Positions 1-9,615 of a stretch of DNA of 64,000 nt are shown one piece after another. The notes below the pieces were generated by a model. The model was not told the origin of the DNA. It searched no databases and saw only the letters and a program-made list of their open reading frames with translations. The stretch is from Candidatus Latescibacterota bacterium (GTDB taxonomy: Bacteria; Latescibacterota; UBA2968; UBA8231), in the NCBI GenBank assembly GCA_965203355.1, contig OZ241889.1:2752001-2816000 (forward strand), read 5' to 3'. Position numbers and translations under genes: made by a program. Within the stretch, counting starts at the first letter, position 1; every line of letters begins with the position of its first letter.

Positions 1-375
1 CAAGAGGGCTTGCCGCGTGTGGAAGCCGACGAGCGGATGTTGCGCGAAGCCATTACCAACCTCTGCCTAAACGCCTTAGAAAGCCTCGAAGAAGGAAACG
101 GCGGTCAAGTGATATTGGGGGCTGGCTACGACGAGGAGCAGTCGCTGGTCTTTATTGAGGTTGAGGACGATGGGCTAGGTATTGAGGAAGAGCATTTGGA
201 ATTGATATTCGAGCCTGGATTTACCACTCGAGAGCGGGGCAATGGCTATGGCTTGAGCATTGCGCGCCGTATCGCCCAGGCTCATCAGGGGGTGCTGCGC
301 GTCAAGAGTAGAAGGGGACATGGAACCGTTTTTCGGCTCGATCTGCCGCTCAGTTCTGCCGGCGGCGAGACCTAG
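1..375 (+). CDS. Sensor histidine kinase, C-terminal HATPase domain (5' truncated by window edge)
   Basis: N box ITNLCLNA, G1 DDGLGI, F box FEPGFTT, G2 GNGYGL; directly upstream of a response regulator. Confidence 0.9.
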   Translation, partial: QEGLPRVEADERMLREAITNLCLNALESLEEGNGGQVILGAGYDEEQSLVFIEVEDDGLGIEEEHLELIFEPGFTTRERGNGYGLSIARRIAQAHQGVLRVKSRRGHGTVFRLDLPLSSAGGET

Positions 376-402
376 CCTTTCAGTGATTGGACGAGGACGG
401 GT

Positions 403-1821
403 ATGGCAAGCAAAAAACAGAAAGCCGTCTTAATCGCCGATGACCAGCAGGCATTGCGCGAGATGTTGGCGGAGAAACTGCGCAGTTTGGGCAAGGAGGT
501 CATTTCTTTTTCTACTGGCCAGCGGTTACTCGGACATCTGGCCGCTAGGTCGACGGAAGTCGAGCTGGTGGTGCTGGATTTGGACTTTGGCTTTGGTCAG
601 CCCAATGGTCTCGAAGTGCTAAAAGAGATCAAAAAGCACTGGGCCGAGTTGCCGGTTATCATTCTCACGGGCAAGGGAAGCGTTGATTTGGCGGTCGAAG
701 CGGTACAAGCCGGGGCGGTGGATTTTATTGAAAAGGATTTGTACGTCGAGGACGAGCTAGAAGTTGAAATGGAAAAGGTCGAGCGGATGTTGGCGGTATT
801 GCGCGAAAACGCCCGTCTCAAAGCCGAGAATCAGGCCCTAGACCGCGACAACACCTTTTACCGGACTCAGTTAGGACAGCGCTATCAGATCATCAGTCGC
901 AGTCCTCTGATTCAGAGCCTGTTAAAGCAAGTTGAACTGATTGCTTCCATACCGCGGCCCGTATTGATCTGTGGCGAGCGCGGCACTGGCAAAGAGTTGA
1001 TTGCCGCGGCCTTGCACTCCGGTAGCAATCGCCGCGAGCGGGCCTTTGTCAAGATGAACTGCGCGGTGCTATCGGATACCCTGCTCGAAAGCGAGTTGTT
1101 TGGCCACGAGAAAGGGGCCTTTACGGGCGCGACCGAGATGCGCCGCGGTCGCTTTGAAGCCGCCGATGGTGGTACGCTCTTCCTCGACGAGATCGGCAAT
1201 ACTTCGCTGGACTTCCAAAAAAACGTATTGCGCGTGATAGAATACCAGGAGTTTGAACGCACGGGCGGGACGCAGACAATCCACGTCGACGTACGCGTCG
1301 TGGCGGCGACCAACGCGGATCTGGAGCGAGAAATAGCAAGTGGTCAATTCCGCGCCGATCTCTACGACCGCCTGCGGTTTAGCGTGTTCCAACTACCGCC
1401 CTTGCGGGAGCGGCCTGAGGACATCCGGCCCTTGGTTGCGTACTTTACACAGCAGCTATGCGACGAAGTGCCCGCAATTGAACGACGTCCGTTCGCCGAA
1501 GGTGTTTTGACTAGGCTAGAGAGCTACGCTTGGCCGGGCAATGTGCGCGAGCTCAAATTCGCGGTCGAGCGCGCGCTCTGCGTTGCACAAGAAGACGAAG
1601 TGAGCGTAGAGGACTTACCCCCGGAAGTGCTTGGCAGCAGTGGCGTTGCCCTTCCTGATGGAGGAAGTTTTGACGAACAAGTCGAGTGCGTCGCACGAGG
1701 CTTACTCGTCAGTGCGCTCTCCCAAGCGGGAGGGCGGCAGAAAGACGCAGCCCAGCAGTTGGGCTTGACCTACGACCGCTTTCGACACTTGCTCCGCAAA
1801 TACCAAATCATCGCCAAATGA
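403..1821 (+). CDS. Sigma-54-dependent response regulator, NtrC family (REC-AAA+-Fis HTH)
   Basis: REC (IADD, VVLD), Walker A GERGTGKE, GAFTGA loop, Walker B FLDEIG, WPGNVREL, C-terminal HTH. Confidence 0.95.
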   Translation: MASKKQKAVLIADDQQALREMLAEKLRSLGKEVISFSTGQRLLGHLAARSTEVELVVLDLDFGFGQPNGLEVLKEIKKHWAELPVIILTGKGSVDLAVEAVQAGAVDFIEKDLYVEDELEVEMEKVERMLAVLRENARLKAENQALDRDNTFYRTQLGQRYQIISRSPLIQSLLKQVELIASIPRPVLICGERGTGKELIAAALHSGSNRRERAFVKMNCAVLSDTLLESELFGHEKGAFTGATEMRRGRFEAADGGTLFLDEIGNTSLDFQKNVLRVIEYQEFERTGGTQTIHVDVRVVAATNADLEREIASGQFRADLYDRLRFSVFQLPPLRERPEDIRPLVAYFTQQLCDEVPAIERRPFAEGVLTRLESYAWPGNVRELKFAVERALCVAQEDEVSVEDLPPEVLGSSGVALPDGGSFDEQVECVARGLLVSALSQAGGRQKDAAQQLGLTYDRFRHLLRKYQIIAK

Positions 1822-1849
1822 CCCATCGCGTCCTCTCGGCCATGGCTTG

Positions 1850-1877
1850 TTGACAGTGGGAACGCGCCGGGTATATT
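1850..1877 (+). promoter_or_regulatory. Sigma-70-type promoter
   Basis: TTGACA-N16-TATATT upstream of GGAGG RBS and ATG 1917. Confidence 0.6.
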
Positions 1878-1916
1878 AGCCTTAACCGCTAATGTTCCCA
1901 TACGGGCGGGAGGCAC

Positions 1917-2240
1917 ATGGAAAAAATTTACAAAGTCGAGACCACACTTTCCCACAGCTTGGCCGAACTCTATGCTGGCCTCGAAGAGGAGTTCGCCAAC
2001 AAAAGCAGTATCCCCCTCTCGGACATGAACCGCACGTTGTTGCAAACGGGCTTGATCCACCACCTGACAATGATGAGCGGATTGGGGCTGATCGAGTCTG
2101 AGAAAGCCAAAAAGTTGCACAAGTTGATCGACCAAGTCGCGAAGGATACCATACTCTGGGACCTATTGCAGATGGTGCGGACCTACTGGCGGGATTGCGG
2201 TGCTGGTGGTCCGGGTAACTCCGGTGGCCTCAACGCTTGA
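1917..2240 (+). CDS. Hypothetical protein, possible N-terminal ribbon-helix-helix
   Basis: 107-aa ORF with GGAGG RBS and its own promoter; beta-alpha-alpha-like pattern at the N-terminus. Confidence 0.7.
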   Translation: MEKIYKVETTLSHSLAELYAGLEEEFANKSSIPLSDMNRTLLQTGLIHHLTMMSGLGLIESEKAKKLHKLIDQVAKDTILWDLLQMVRTYWRDCGAGGPGNSGGLNA

Positions 2241-2290
2241 TGTGGTGCTTATAACTCGTTGTACAGATTGTAGTTCAGAGGGATGTGTGG

Positions 2291-2319
2291 TTGACAACCC
2301 CCGCGGCCACAAGTATTAT
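2291..2319 (+). promoter_or_regulatory. Sigma-70-type promoter for iscU-sod-prx
   Basis: TTGACA-N17-TATTAT, near consensus. Confidence 0.75.
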
Positions 2320-2366
2320 ACAACCCGTTCTTCGGCCCTCTTTAACTAGGCTTTTGAAGCGAGCAG

Positions 2367-2744
2367 ATGACCTCCTTTAGTGCAGCCGTCTTCGACCATT
2401 ATCGGCACCCTCGCAACGCCGGGCAAATCGGCGATGCCAATGCCTCGGGGCAAGCTGAAAATCAGGCGTGTGGCGACGCGATGCAGCTTTTTGCCCGCGT
2501 CGAAGACGGTCGGATCGTCCGCGCTAGCTGCAAGACCTTTGGCTGTGCGCCTTCGGTCGCGGCTGGCTCGGTGCTCACCGAGTTGCTGGCAGACTCACTG
2601 CTAGTGGATGCAGCCGAGCTAACGTCGGCAACTATTGAAGAGGCGCTAGGAGGGCTGCCGCCCATGAAGCGCCACGCCGCCCAACTAGCTGCTGACGCGG
2701 CTCGGGCCCTAGTAAAAAGTTATCAGGCCAATACGGCCGTCTAA
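2367..2744 (+). CDS. IscU/NifU_N-family Fe-S scaffold-like protein
   Basis: DHYRHPRNAG, ACGD, TFGC, LPPMKRH motifs; third Cys replaced by Ala. Confidence 0.85.
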   Translation: MTSFSAAVFDHYRHPRNAGQIGDANASGQAENQACGDAMQLFARVEDGRIVRASCKTFGCAPSVAAGSVLTELLADSLLVDAAELTSATIEEALGGLPPMKRHAAQLAADAARALVKSYQANTAV

Positions 2745-2779
2745 AGCATCTTTAAATCTCAAACCGAAAGGATTGCACC

Positions 2780-3400
2780 ATGGCTCACTCTCTTCCCGAT
2801 CTCCCCTACGCCTATGACGCGCTAGCGCCTGTCATAGATGCCCGCACCATGGAGATTCACCACACCAAGCATCACAACACCTATGTGACCAGTCTCAATA
2901 CCGCGCTCGAAGGGTACGACGACTTGGCCGCCAAAAGCACTGAAGACCTCATCAGCGACCTCGACGCCGTCCCCGAGGGTATCCGCACAGCGGTGCGCAA
3001 CCACGGCGGCGGTCATGCCAATCACAGCCTATTTTGGCAGATCATGGCACCAGCGGGGGAGCGCGGCGAGCCTTCGGCTGAGATCCTCGCCGCTGCCGCC
3101 GCCAAATTTGGCAGTCAAGACGCAGCCCGCGCAGCCTTCGTGGATGCCGCAACCAAGCGATTCGGCAGCGGTTGGGCTTGGGTTGTGGTCAAGGATGGCG
3201 CACTTGATATCCTCAGCACTGCCAATCAGGACAATCCCCTAATGGACGGCAGCGGAGTTCCCGTCCTTGGTATCGATGTTTGGGAACACGCCTATTATCT
3301 CAACTATCAAAACCGTCGGCCTGACTACATTGCCGCTTGGATTGAGACTGTCAACTGGAACGAAGTCAATCGCCGTTTTACCGAAGCGATGGGGAGTTAG
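2780..3400 (+). CDS. sodA: Superoxide dismutase, Fe/Mn family (probably Mn)
   Basis: [33 protein letters not shown]. Confidence 0.95.
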   Translation: MAHSLPDLPYAYDALAPVIDARTMEIHHTKHHNTYVTSLNTALEGYDDLAAKSTEDLISDLDAVPEGIRTAVRNHGGGHANHSLFWQIMAPAGERGEPSAEILAAAAAKFGSQDAARAAFVDAATKRFGSGWAWVVVKDGALDILSTANQDNPLMDGSGVPVLGIDVWEHAYYLNYQNRRPDYIAAWIETVNWNEVNRRFTEAMGS

Positions 3401-3403
3401 CAG

Positions 3404-3871
3404 ATGGCGATTCAAGTAGGAGATACAGCGCCCGCGTTCACCCTCAAGAATGTGGATATGGAGGACGTCAGTCTCGGCGATTTCGCTGGTAAAAACGTCG
3501 TCTTGCTCTTCGTGCCGCTGGCTTTCACCGGCGTTTGTACACGGGAATTGTGTGAGATTTCCGCGGGAATCAATGCGTACCAAGATCTTGATGCCGAGGT
3601 TTTGGGAATCAGCGTCGATAGCCCGTTTAGCCTCAGCGCTTGGGCCGAAAAGGAAGGTATCGAGATCCCATTGCTCAGCGATTTCAACAAGGAAGTCTCC
3701 GCTGAGTACGGTGCCCAACACGAAGACCTGTTGGGCTTTAAAGGCGTTGCCAAACGCTCGGCCTTTGTCGTCGATGGGCAAGGCATTATCCGCTACGTTT
3801 GGGTGTCCGACAATCCCAAGGTCCTGCCGGATTTTGCGGCCATTCGGGCCTGTTTGCAATCGCTCAACTGA
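3404..3871 (+). CDS. Peroxiredoxin (AhpE/BCP-like)
   Basis: PxxxTxxC motif PLAFTGVCTRELC, GISVDS, LLSDFN, RSAFVVD. Confidence 0.9.
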   Translation: MAIQVGDTAPAFTLKNVDMEDVSLGDFAGKNVVLLFVPLAFTGVCTRELCEISAGINAYQDLDAEVLGISVDSPFSLSAWAEKEGIEIPLLSDFNKEVSAEYGAQHEDLLGFKGVAKRSAFVVDGQGIIRYVWVSDNPKVLPDFAAIRACLQSLN

Positions 3872-3892
3872 AGCACTTCGTTTTCGCAGTAG

Positions 3893-3930
3893 AGTGGGGC
3901 AAGGCACAGAAGGCTTTGCCCCACTGTTTT
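3893..3930 (+). terminator. Rho-independent terminator
   Basis: AGTGGGGCAAGG/CTTTGCCCCACT stem followed by GTTTT. Confidence 0.65.
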
Positions 3931-3955
3931 AGTACCCGCAAAGGAAAGTAGCCCA

Positions 3956-4573
3956 ATGGAAGATGCGACGCTTAGCGAGCGAGATACCCCAAGCTGGCTC
4001 CAGGGCCAGAACAAGGCCAAGGCTGCCGAAATAGCCGGTTACTTCGCCCAGATCATGCAGGTTTTGGGACTCGACTTGAGCGACCCGCACTTGCGGCGCA
4101 CCCCAGACCGCGTCGGGCGGATGTACATGGAGATCTTTCGGGAACTAGACGCCCAAGGCGAACCGGAGATTACTTGTTTTCCCAATAGCGATGGCTATGA
4201 CAACATGGTGATTGTCAAGGACATTGAGTTCTTTTCGGTTTGTTCCCATCACATGATTCCGTTCTTTGGCAAGGCGCACATAGCCTACATACCAGGAGAC
4301 GCGATCGTTGGTTTGAGCAAAATCGTGCGCATTGTCGAATTTTACGCCCGCCGGCCCCAGCTCCAAGAGCGTCTCACCCAGCAAATCGTGGACTTCCTCG
4401 AGGCCAAGCTGGCCCCCCAAGGCTCCATCGTCGTGATGGAGGCTCGGCATTTGTGCATGGAGATGCGGGGCGTGGAAAGGCCCGGGGCCGTGACGACTAC
4501 TTCAGCACTCCGGGGCCGTTTTGCCGAGCCGATAGTGCGCGAGGAATTTTTTAACTTAATCAAGAAAAATTAA
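3956..4573 (+). CDS. folE: GTP cyclohydrolase I
   Basis: TPDRV, CSHHMIPFFG, GLSK, RPQLQERLT, HLCMEMRG. Confidence 0.95.
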   Translation: MEDATLSERDTPSWLQGQNKAKAAEIAGYFAQIMQVLGLDLSDPHLRRTPDRVGRMYMEIFRELDAQGEPEITCFPNSDGYDNMVIVKDIEFFSVCSHHMIPFFGKAHIAYIPGDAIVGLSKIVRIVEFYARRPQLQERLTQQIVDFLEAKLAPQGSIVVMEARHLCMEMRGVERPGAVTTTSALRGRFAEPIVREEFFNLIKKN

Positions 4574-4592
4574 AGCAGCACGGGACCAACCC

Positions 4593-5954
4593 ATGTCTGA
4601 GATTCAAGAGCAGGTGCTGACATCGCCCACCAACGCGGTATTCGATACCTCCCACCGGGACTTGCGAGACGACGAGTATTGGCGCGCCATTCCCGCCTAT
4701 GCCGATTTGTGCGCCGATGAGTTTCACGAGCACCGCTTTCAGAGTCGCAATAGCGTGACGAGCCTGAAGAAACTGCGGGAGGTGCTCGGCGGACTCGTTT
4801 CAGAAGCGTTTTATCGCGATGTCGAGCAAGGGCTTTTGCGCTCACCGATGAGCCTGCGGATTTCTCCATATCTACTGAGCCTGATTGACTGGTCGGGGCC
4901 CGCTGAGGATCCCCTGCGCATTCAGTTTCTGCCCATGGGGTCTCGGATGCGACCCGACCATCCAGAACTCGCCCTAGATTCGCTGCACGAGCAAGTGGAT
5001 TCCCCCGTGCCGGGCCTGACGCACCGCTATGCCGACCGGGCGCTGTTTCTGACGCTCGACACTTGTCCAGTGTATTGCCGTTTCTGCACTCGTTCCTATG
5101 CGGTAGGGTTGGATACCGAGGACGTGGAAAAAGTGCATTTTGGGGCCATTGCCCAGCGGTGGGAGCAGGTTTTTGCCTATGTCGCTTCGCGGCCCGAGTT
5201 AGAAGACATCGTCATCAGCGGCGGCGATGTGGCCAACCTCAAGGCCGAACACATCGAATACATCGGCACTCGCTTGCTCAACATCGAACACGTGCGGCGG
5301 ATGCGCTACGCGACAAAAGCGCCGGCGATTATGCCGCAGAAACTCGTCACAGACCGCGAGTGGGTTGATGCCCTTGCGCGGGTTGTCGAGGCAGGACGCA
5401 AGATCCACAAGGAAGTCGCGTTGCACACGCATTTCAACCATCCGCGCGAAATCACGGCCATCAGCGGCCGCGCACTCGACGAATTGATGGAGCGCGGCAT
5501 CTGGGTGCGCAACCAAACCGTCTTGCAAAGGGGTGTCAACGACGACGTCAACACCATGCAGCATCTCGTGCGGCAACTCAGTTACCTCAATGTGCATCCG
5601 TATTACACTTTTGTGCACGATATGGTGCGTGGGGTCGAAGAGCTGCGCACGACTTTGGCGACGGCTATTTCCCTAGAGAAGGCGGTGCGCGGGCGAACCG
5701 CGGGCTTCAATACGCCGTCCTTTGTGCTCGACACTATGGGGGGCGGGGGGAAGCGCGATGTCCACTCCTACGAACACTATGATCGCCAGACGGGCATCGC
5801 CGTATTTACTAGCCCAGCCGTGCGGCCCGGCGAATTCTTCTTTTACTACGATCCCTTAGACGCGCTCGATCCGTTGACCATCCAGCGCTGGAGCGATCCG
5901 GCCGAGCGTACGGCTATGCGGCAAGCGGCGTTAGAAGCTGCCTACCAGACGTAG
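4593..5954 (+). CDS. KamA-family radical SAM/PLP amino-acid 2,3-aminomutase
   Basis: GLTHRY, CPVYCRFC (CX3CX2C), SGGD, HFNHPREIT, NQTVLQRGVND, GGGGK (PLP lysine). Confidence 0.9.
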   Translation: MSEIQEQVLTSPTNAVFDTSHRDLRDDEYWRAIPAYADLCADEFHEHRFQSRNSVTSLKKLREVLGGLVSEAFYRDVEQGLLRSPMSLRISPYLLSLIDWSGPAEDPLRIQFLPMGSRMRPDHPELALDSLHEQVDSPVPGLTHRYADRALFLTLDTCPVYCRFCTRSYAVGLDTEDVEKVHFGAIAQRWEQVFAYVASRPELEDIVISGGDVANLKAEHIEYIGTRLLNIEHVRRMRYATKAPAIMPQKLVTDREWVDALARVVEAGRKIHKEVALHTHFNHPREITAISGRALDELMERGIWVRNQTVLQRGVNDDVNTMQHLVRQLSYLNVHPYYTFVHDMVRGVEELRTTLATAISLEKAVRGRTAGFNTPSFVLDTMGGGGKRDVHSYEHYDRQTGIAVFTSPAVRPGEFFFYYDPLDALDPLTIQRWSDPAERTAMRQAALEAAYQT

Positions 5955-6051
5955 CGAACGGGCAGTCGCAAGGACCGGCATTTGCCCTTGTGGACTCGTA
6001 TGTCTTATCTATTAGCAAAATCGAACCTTAAGACCATCAGGGTGTACAGCA

Positions 6052-7710
6052 ATGGAATATCCAGATATGCTCCAAACATTAATGGGTTTGGGCCTGCTCG
6101 CTTTGGGCGGTGGTCTGGGTTTTCTGCTGAGTTATCAATTAAAAAGGGGCGCCCTGCCCCAAGTGGAGAAAGAAGCAGAAGACCGAGTTCGGCAGCAGCT
6201 AGCCGAAGAGGAGCGCACAATGCGGCTGAGTTTGCTCGAAGAACGGGATGACTGGCATAAAACCAAAGTCCACCAAGAGGCCGAGTTAGAAGGTCAACTG
6301 GCCGATTTGAACCGCCGCGACAAGAGCCTGACGAAGCTCGTGCGCGACCTCAATAGCCAGAAAGAAGAGCAGAGCCGGGCGTGGAACCGCCTCAAAAATC
6401 AAGAGCAACGGCTTGGCCAGCGCGAACGGACCTTAAAAAAAGAAGAAGAGGAACTGGGCCAAATGCGCGTCGAGTACCAGCAACGTCTAGAATTGGCCAG
6501 TGGGCTGCCCGCAGACGAGGCCCGCGAACAGATGATGGAGCATCTGGCCGGCGAGGTCCGCGGACGGGCTGCGGCCCTGATCCGCAGCGAGCGCACCAAG
6601 GCTAAGGAAGAGTCGGACCGAGAAGCCAAAAAAATCATCGCCCAAGCTATTCAGCGTTGTGCGGTTGAAGAGACCACCCACTTGGTCACCTCGGCCGTGC
6701 CCTTGCCCAACGAGGGAATAAAAAGTCGCATCATTGGCAAGGAAGGACGCAACGTGCGTGCCTTTGAGATGGCGACCGGAGTCAAAGTCGTGGTTGATGA
6801 CACACCCGACGCGGTGTTGCTTTCGTCCTACGATCCAGCGCGGCGCGAAGTGGCTAGCCGCGCCATGCAGCAGCTAATCAGCAGCGGCGGTTTCACGCCA
6901 ACCAAGATTGAGGAAGTAGTAGAGGAGTGCCGCAAGACCCTAAACCAAGACATGGTCGCGGTCGGTAAGAGTGCCCTCAGCGAGATTGGGGCTAGTCAGT
7001 ACCACACTGATTTGCCCTATTATGTGGGTATGCTCAAATATCGCGCTAGTTTGGGACAAAACCTTTTACAGCACTGTCTAGAGGTCGCCCATTTAGCCGG
7101 TGGGATGGCTGCCGAGGTCGGATTGGATGTGTCGTTGGCCAAGCGGGCCGGCCTCTTGCACGATATCGGTAAGACCGTCAGCAAGGAGCTAGAAGGAGGC
7201 CACGTCGAATTGGGTATCAAGCTAGGCGAGCAATTCGCCGAGCATGAGACCGTTAAGGAAGTCATCGCCGAGCACCACGAGGACCACGATCGTCTTTCGC
7301 CGATCTGCTTCTTGGTCAAGGCGGCTGATACTATATCGTCGATACGGCCTGGCGGACGGCGCGAGGACCTCGAAGGGTACACCCGCCGCATTATGCGTTT
7401 GGAAGAAATCGCGACTTCATTTGCGGGCGTCACAGACGTGTACGCCATCAATGCCGGCCGCGAGGTCCGCGTCATGGTCTGCGGCGAACAGATCGGGGAT
7501 GAAGACGCCGAGATGCTGGCATTCGACATCGCCGAGCGGGTCAAGACCGAGTTGACTTTTGCCGGCCAAGTCAAGGTCGTGGTCGTGCGCCAGACGCAGG
7601 TGGTGCGCCATACCGAGCGGAGCCGTTTTGATCGGCGCAACAACGGGCCGCGCAATAGGAATGGTCGTCGGCCGCGCAACGAAGACCGCAAAGGGAGTAC
7701 CGGCCGCTAA
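6052..7710 (+). CDS. rny: Ribonuclease Y
   Basis: N-terminal TM helix, coiled coil, KH domain IIGKEGRN, HD motif LLHDIGK, AGREVRV. Confidence 0.93.
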   Translation: MEYPDMLQTLMGLGLLALGGGLGFLLSYQLKRGALPQVEKEAEDRVRQQLAEEERTMRLSLLEERDDWHKTKVHQEAELEGQLADLNRRDKSLTKLVRDLNSQKEEQSRAWNRLKNQEQRLGQRERTLKKEEEELGQMRVEYQQRLELASGLPADEAREQMMEHLAGEVRGRAAALIRSERTKAKEESDREAKKIIAQAIQRCAVEETTHLVTSAVPLPNEGIKSRIIGKEGRNVRAFEMATGVKVVVDDTPDAVLLSSYDPARREVASRAMQQLISSGGFTPTKIEEVVEECRKTLNQDMVAVGKSALSEIGASQYHTDLPYYVGMLKYRASLGQNLLQHCLEVAHLAGGMAAEVGLDVSLAKRAGLLHDIGKTVSKELEGGHVELGIKLGEQFAEHETVKEVIAEHHEDHDRLSPICFLVKAADTISSIRPGGRREDLEGYTRRIMRLEEIATSFAGVTDVYAINAGREVRVMVCGEQIGDEDAEMLAFDIAERVKTELTFAGQVKVVVVRQTQVVRHTERSRFDRRNNGPRNRNGRRPRNEDRKGSTGR

Positions 7711-7726
7711 ATTCGCCTCCGCTGAA

Positions 7727-8893
7727 ATGGTTGACGACCCTAAAAAAATCGTCGTCCTCGGCTGCACCGGGTCTATTGGCGACACGTGTTTCAAAGTTCT
7801 CGAAAACTTGGGAGATGGGTACGAGATTGTGGGCTTGTCAGGGGGGGCCAAGGTCGAAAAACTAATCGCGTCCGCACGCTGCTGGCAGCCGCAAAAAATC
7901 TGCGTTCTAGAAACCGAGGCCAGAAAGTGGGTGCAGAGTGCAGTGCCGCAGGTCGAGGTAGTTTGCGGTGCAGAGGGATTGTGTGAACTGGCTACCATGC
8001 CGGAAGCAGATTTGGTGCTCAACGGGCTGGTCGGGGCTGTCGGCCTCGCTCCGACGCTGGCGGCGTTAGCACAGGGCAAGACCGTGGCCATGGCTAACAA
8101 AGAACCGCTGGTCATGGCAGGCGGTCTGATCTTGCAGCAAGCCGAGCGCGGTGGAGGGACTGTGCTGCCATTGGACAGTGAGCCTAACGCCATTTGGCAG
8201 TGCCTGAAAGGCGAAGATCGCAAAAGCCTGAAGCGGATAATCCTCACGGCCTCAGGAGGGCCGTTTTGGGGGCGCAGTCGCGAGCAGATGCGCAACATTA
8301 CCCCAGAGCAGGCCATTGATCACCCCACCTGGAAAATGGGTGCCAAGATCAGCGTGGATTCGGCAACCCTGATGAATAAAGGCTTCGAAGTCATCGAGGC
8401 GGCTTGGCTATTTGGCGTGGCGGTCGAGCAAGTGGATGTGGTCGTCCACCGTCAATCCGTTGTGCATGCGCTGGTTGAATTCGCCGATGGATCGCTGTTA
8501 GCGCACATGGGCAAGACCGATATGATGCTGCCGATCCAATACGCGCTGACTCACCCAGAGCGGCGGGCGGTTCCGCTCGACAATCTCGACCTCAAACAAG
8601 TGGGTCAACTCAGTTTCGCCGCGCCAGACAGAGCGAATTTTCCCTGTTTGGATCTGTGCTACGAAGCAGGCCGGCGTGGCGGGACCTTTCCAGCCGTTCT
8701 CAACGCGGCCAACGAGGAGGCGGTGAGGGCTTTTTTAATGCGGAGAATCGGATTTCTCGACATCGCCGACCTGAACTGCGACGTGTTGGCACACTGCGGC
8801 ACACAGGAGGCGGTTTCGCTCGAATCCATACTATACGAGGATCGCCGCGCCCGGCGACTGGCCCAAGAGTGGGTCGCCGGGCGGGCCGGATAA
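7727..8893 (+). CDS. dxr: 1-deoxy-D-xylulose 5-phosphate reductoisomerase
   Basis: LGCTGSIG, ANKE, PLDSE, LTASGGPF, HPTWKMGAKISVDSATLMNKG; start moved to ATG 7727. Confidence 0.95.
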   Translation: MVDDPKKIVVLGCTGSIGDTCFKVLENLGDGYEIVGLSGGAKVEKLIASARCWQPQKICVLETEARKWVQSAVPQVEVVCGAEGLCELATMPEADLVLNGLVGAVGLAPTLAALAQGKTVAMANKEPLVMAGGLILQQAERGGGTVLPLDSEPNAIWQCLKGEDRKSLKRIILTASGGPFWGRSREQMRNITPEQAIDHPTWKMGAKISVDSATLMNKGFEVIEAAWLFGVAVEQVDVVVHRQSVVHALVEFADGSLLAHMGKTDMMLPIQYALTHPERRAVPLDNLDLKQVGQLSFAAPDRANFPCLDLCYEAGRRGGTFPAVLNAANEEAVRAFLMRRIGFLDIADLNCDVLAHCGTQEAVSLESILYEDRRARRLAQEWVAGRAG

Positions 8894-8897
8894 ACTT

Positions 8898-9170
8898 ATG
8901 ACGCAAAACACCGACGCAGCCCTACACAAAGCACTGGCGCTATGCCAGAAAATAATCCGCATTAACACCGGGATCATACTCGTGGCTTTTGCGCTGATTA
9001 TCATCCTAACTACGGTCTCGACAGCCGAGTGGGTGCGTGCCGCTGGCAAAGCGCTCTACTATGTCATTGCGTTACAGGCTCTCACGTCGGTAGGGACTTG
9101 GTACTACCGCACTCGCTTGGAGAAAGCGTTGGCAAGGATCAAGGGGGATAGCCCGCATGGAGACGATTAA
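8898..9170 (+). CDS. Small two-TM membrane protein, unknown function
   Basis: 90 aa with two hydrophobic segments, packed between dxr and queD. Confidence 0.6.
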   Translation: MTQNTDAALHKALALCQKIIRINTGIILVAFALIIILTTVSTAEWVRAAGKALYYVIALQALTSVGTWYYRTRLEKALARIKGDSPHGDD

Positions 9171-9597
9171 GGCCCGAGGTAAATTCCATGCCGCCCATCG
9201 GCAGCTAGACTACGACGGCAAATGCGCCTACGTCCACGGGCATACTTGGCACGGAGCATTCGTCATCCGCACCGAGCGTTTTCCGCGGCTGGAAAAACTG
9301 GATATGTCCGTTGACTTCGGCGCGCTCAAGGACATCTTCAAATTCTTGGATCACAAGATGTTGATTTCCGGGCGGGATGCGACCTTTCTCGACGCCAAGC
9401 TCTTCGATCCACAGGGCGTCGTGGTCATGCCAGGCGAAAATCCGAGTGTGGAAAACGTGGCCGAGTACTGCCTCGGCCAAGCGGTCGAGGTATTGCAGGG
9501 GCTATTCCCACAGCGTGGCTATCAGTACCACATTGAAGTTTCCATTCAGGAGACTGACAACAATTTCTTTGTAGCTGACCGCCTTATCCGTTGCTGA
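9157..9597 (+). CDS. queD: 6-carboxytetrahydropterin synthase / PTPS family
   Basis: FHAAH, CxxxHGH (CAYVHGH), DFG, LDH, PSVENVA, ET motifs. Confidence 0.85.
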   Translation: METIKARGKFHAAHRQLDYDGKCAYVHGHTWHGAFVIRTERFPRLEKLDMSVDFGALKDIFKFLDHKMLISGRDATFLDAKLFDPQGVVVMPGENPSVENVAEYCLGQAVEVLQGLFPQRGYQYHIEVSIQETDNNFFVADRLIRC

Positions 9598-9615
9598 GCA
9601 ATGGGATGCAGCGCT

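Noticed and set aside
403-2366. Sigma-54 (-24/-12) promoter targets of the NtrC-type regulator
   Set aside because: No convincing TGGCAC-N5-TTGC in the intergenic regions I inspected; nearby promoters are sigma-70-like
3404-3871. Selenocysteine recoding in redox genes (prx, also msrAB)
   Set aside because: Catalytic positions are ordinary Cys codons and the ORFs are full length
4593-5954. EpmB (EF-P beta-lysylation) assignment
   Set aside because: The protein is longer than typical EpmB and no efp or epmA is adjacent
7559-7726. N-terminal extensions given by the ORF track (dxr 7559, korB 27493, SDR 49087, FtsX fusion 52424, lipoprotein 16198)
   Set aside because: Most overlap upstream genes; downstream ATGs fit the RBS, the ATGA coupling or the domain start better
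7417-8316. Long antisense or alternative-frame ORFs (also 25784-26470, 48230-48952, 54866-55744, 57321-58139)
   Set aside because: Shadow ORFs of well-supported genes in GC-rich DNA, with no motifs or RBS
3956-9597. folE + radical SAM + queD as a 7-deazaguanine DNA-modification (dpd) island
   Set aside because: The radical SAM protein is KamA-type rather than QueE; no queC, dpdA or tgt; the genes are interspersed with rny and dxr
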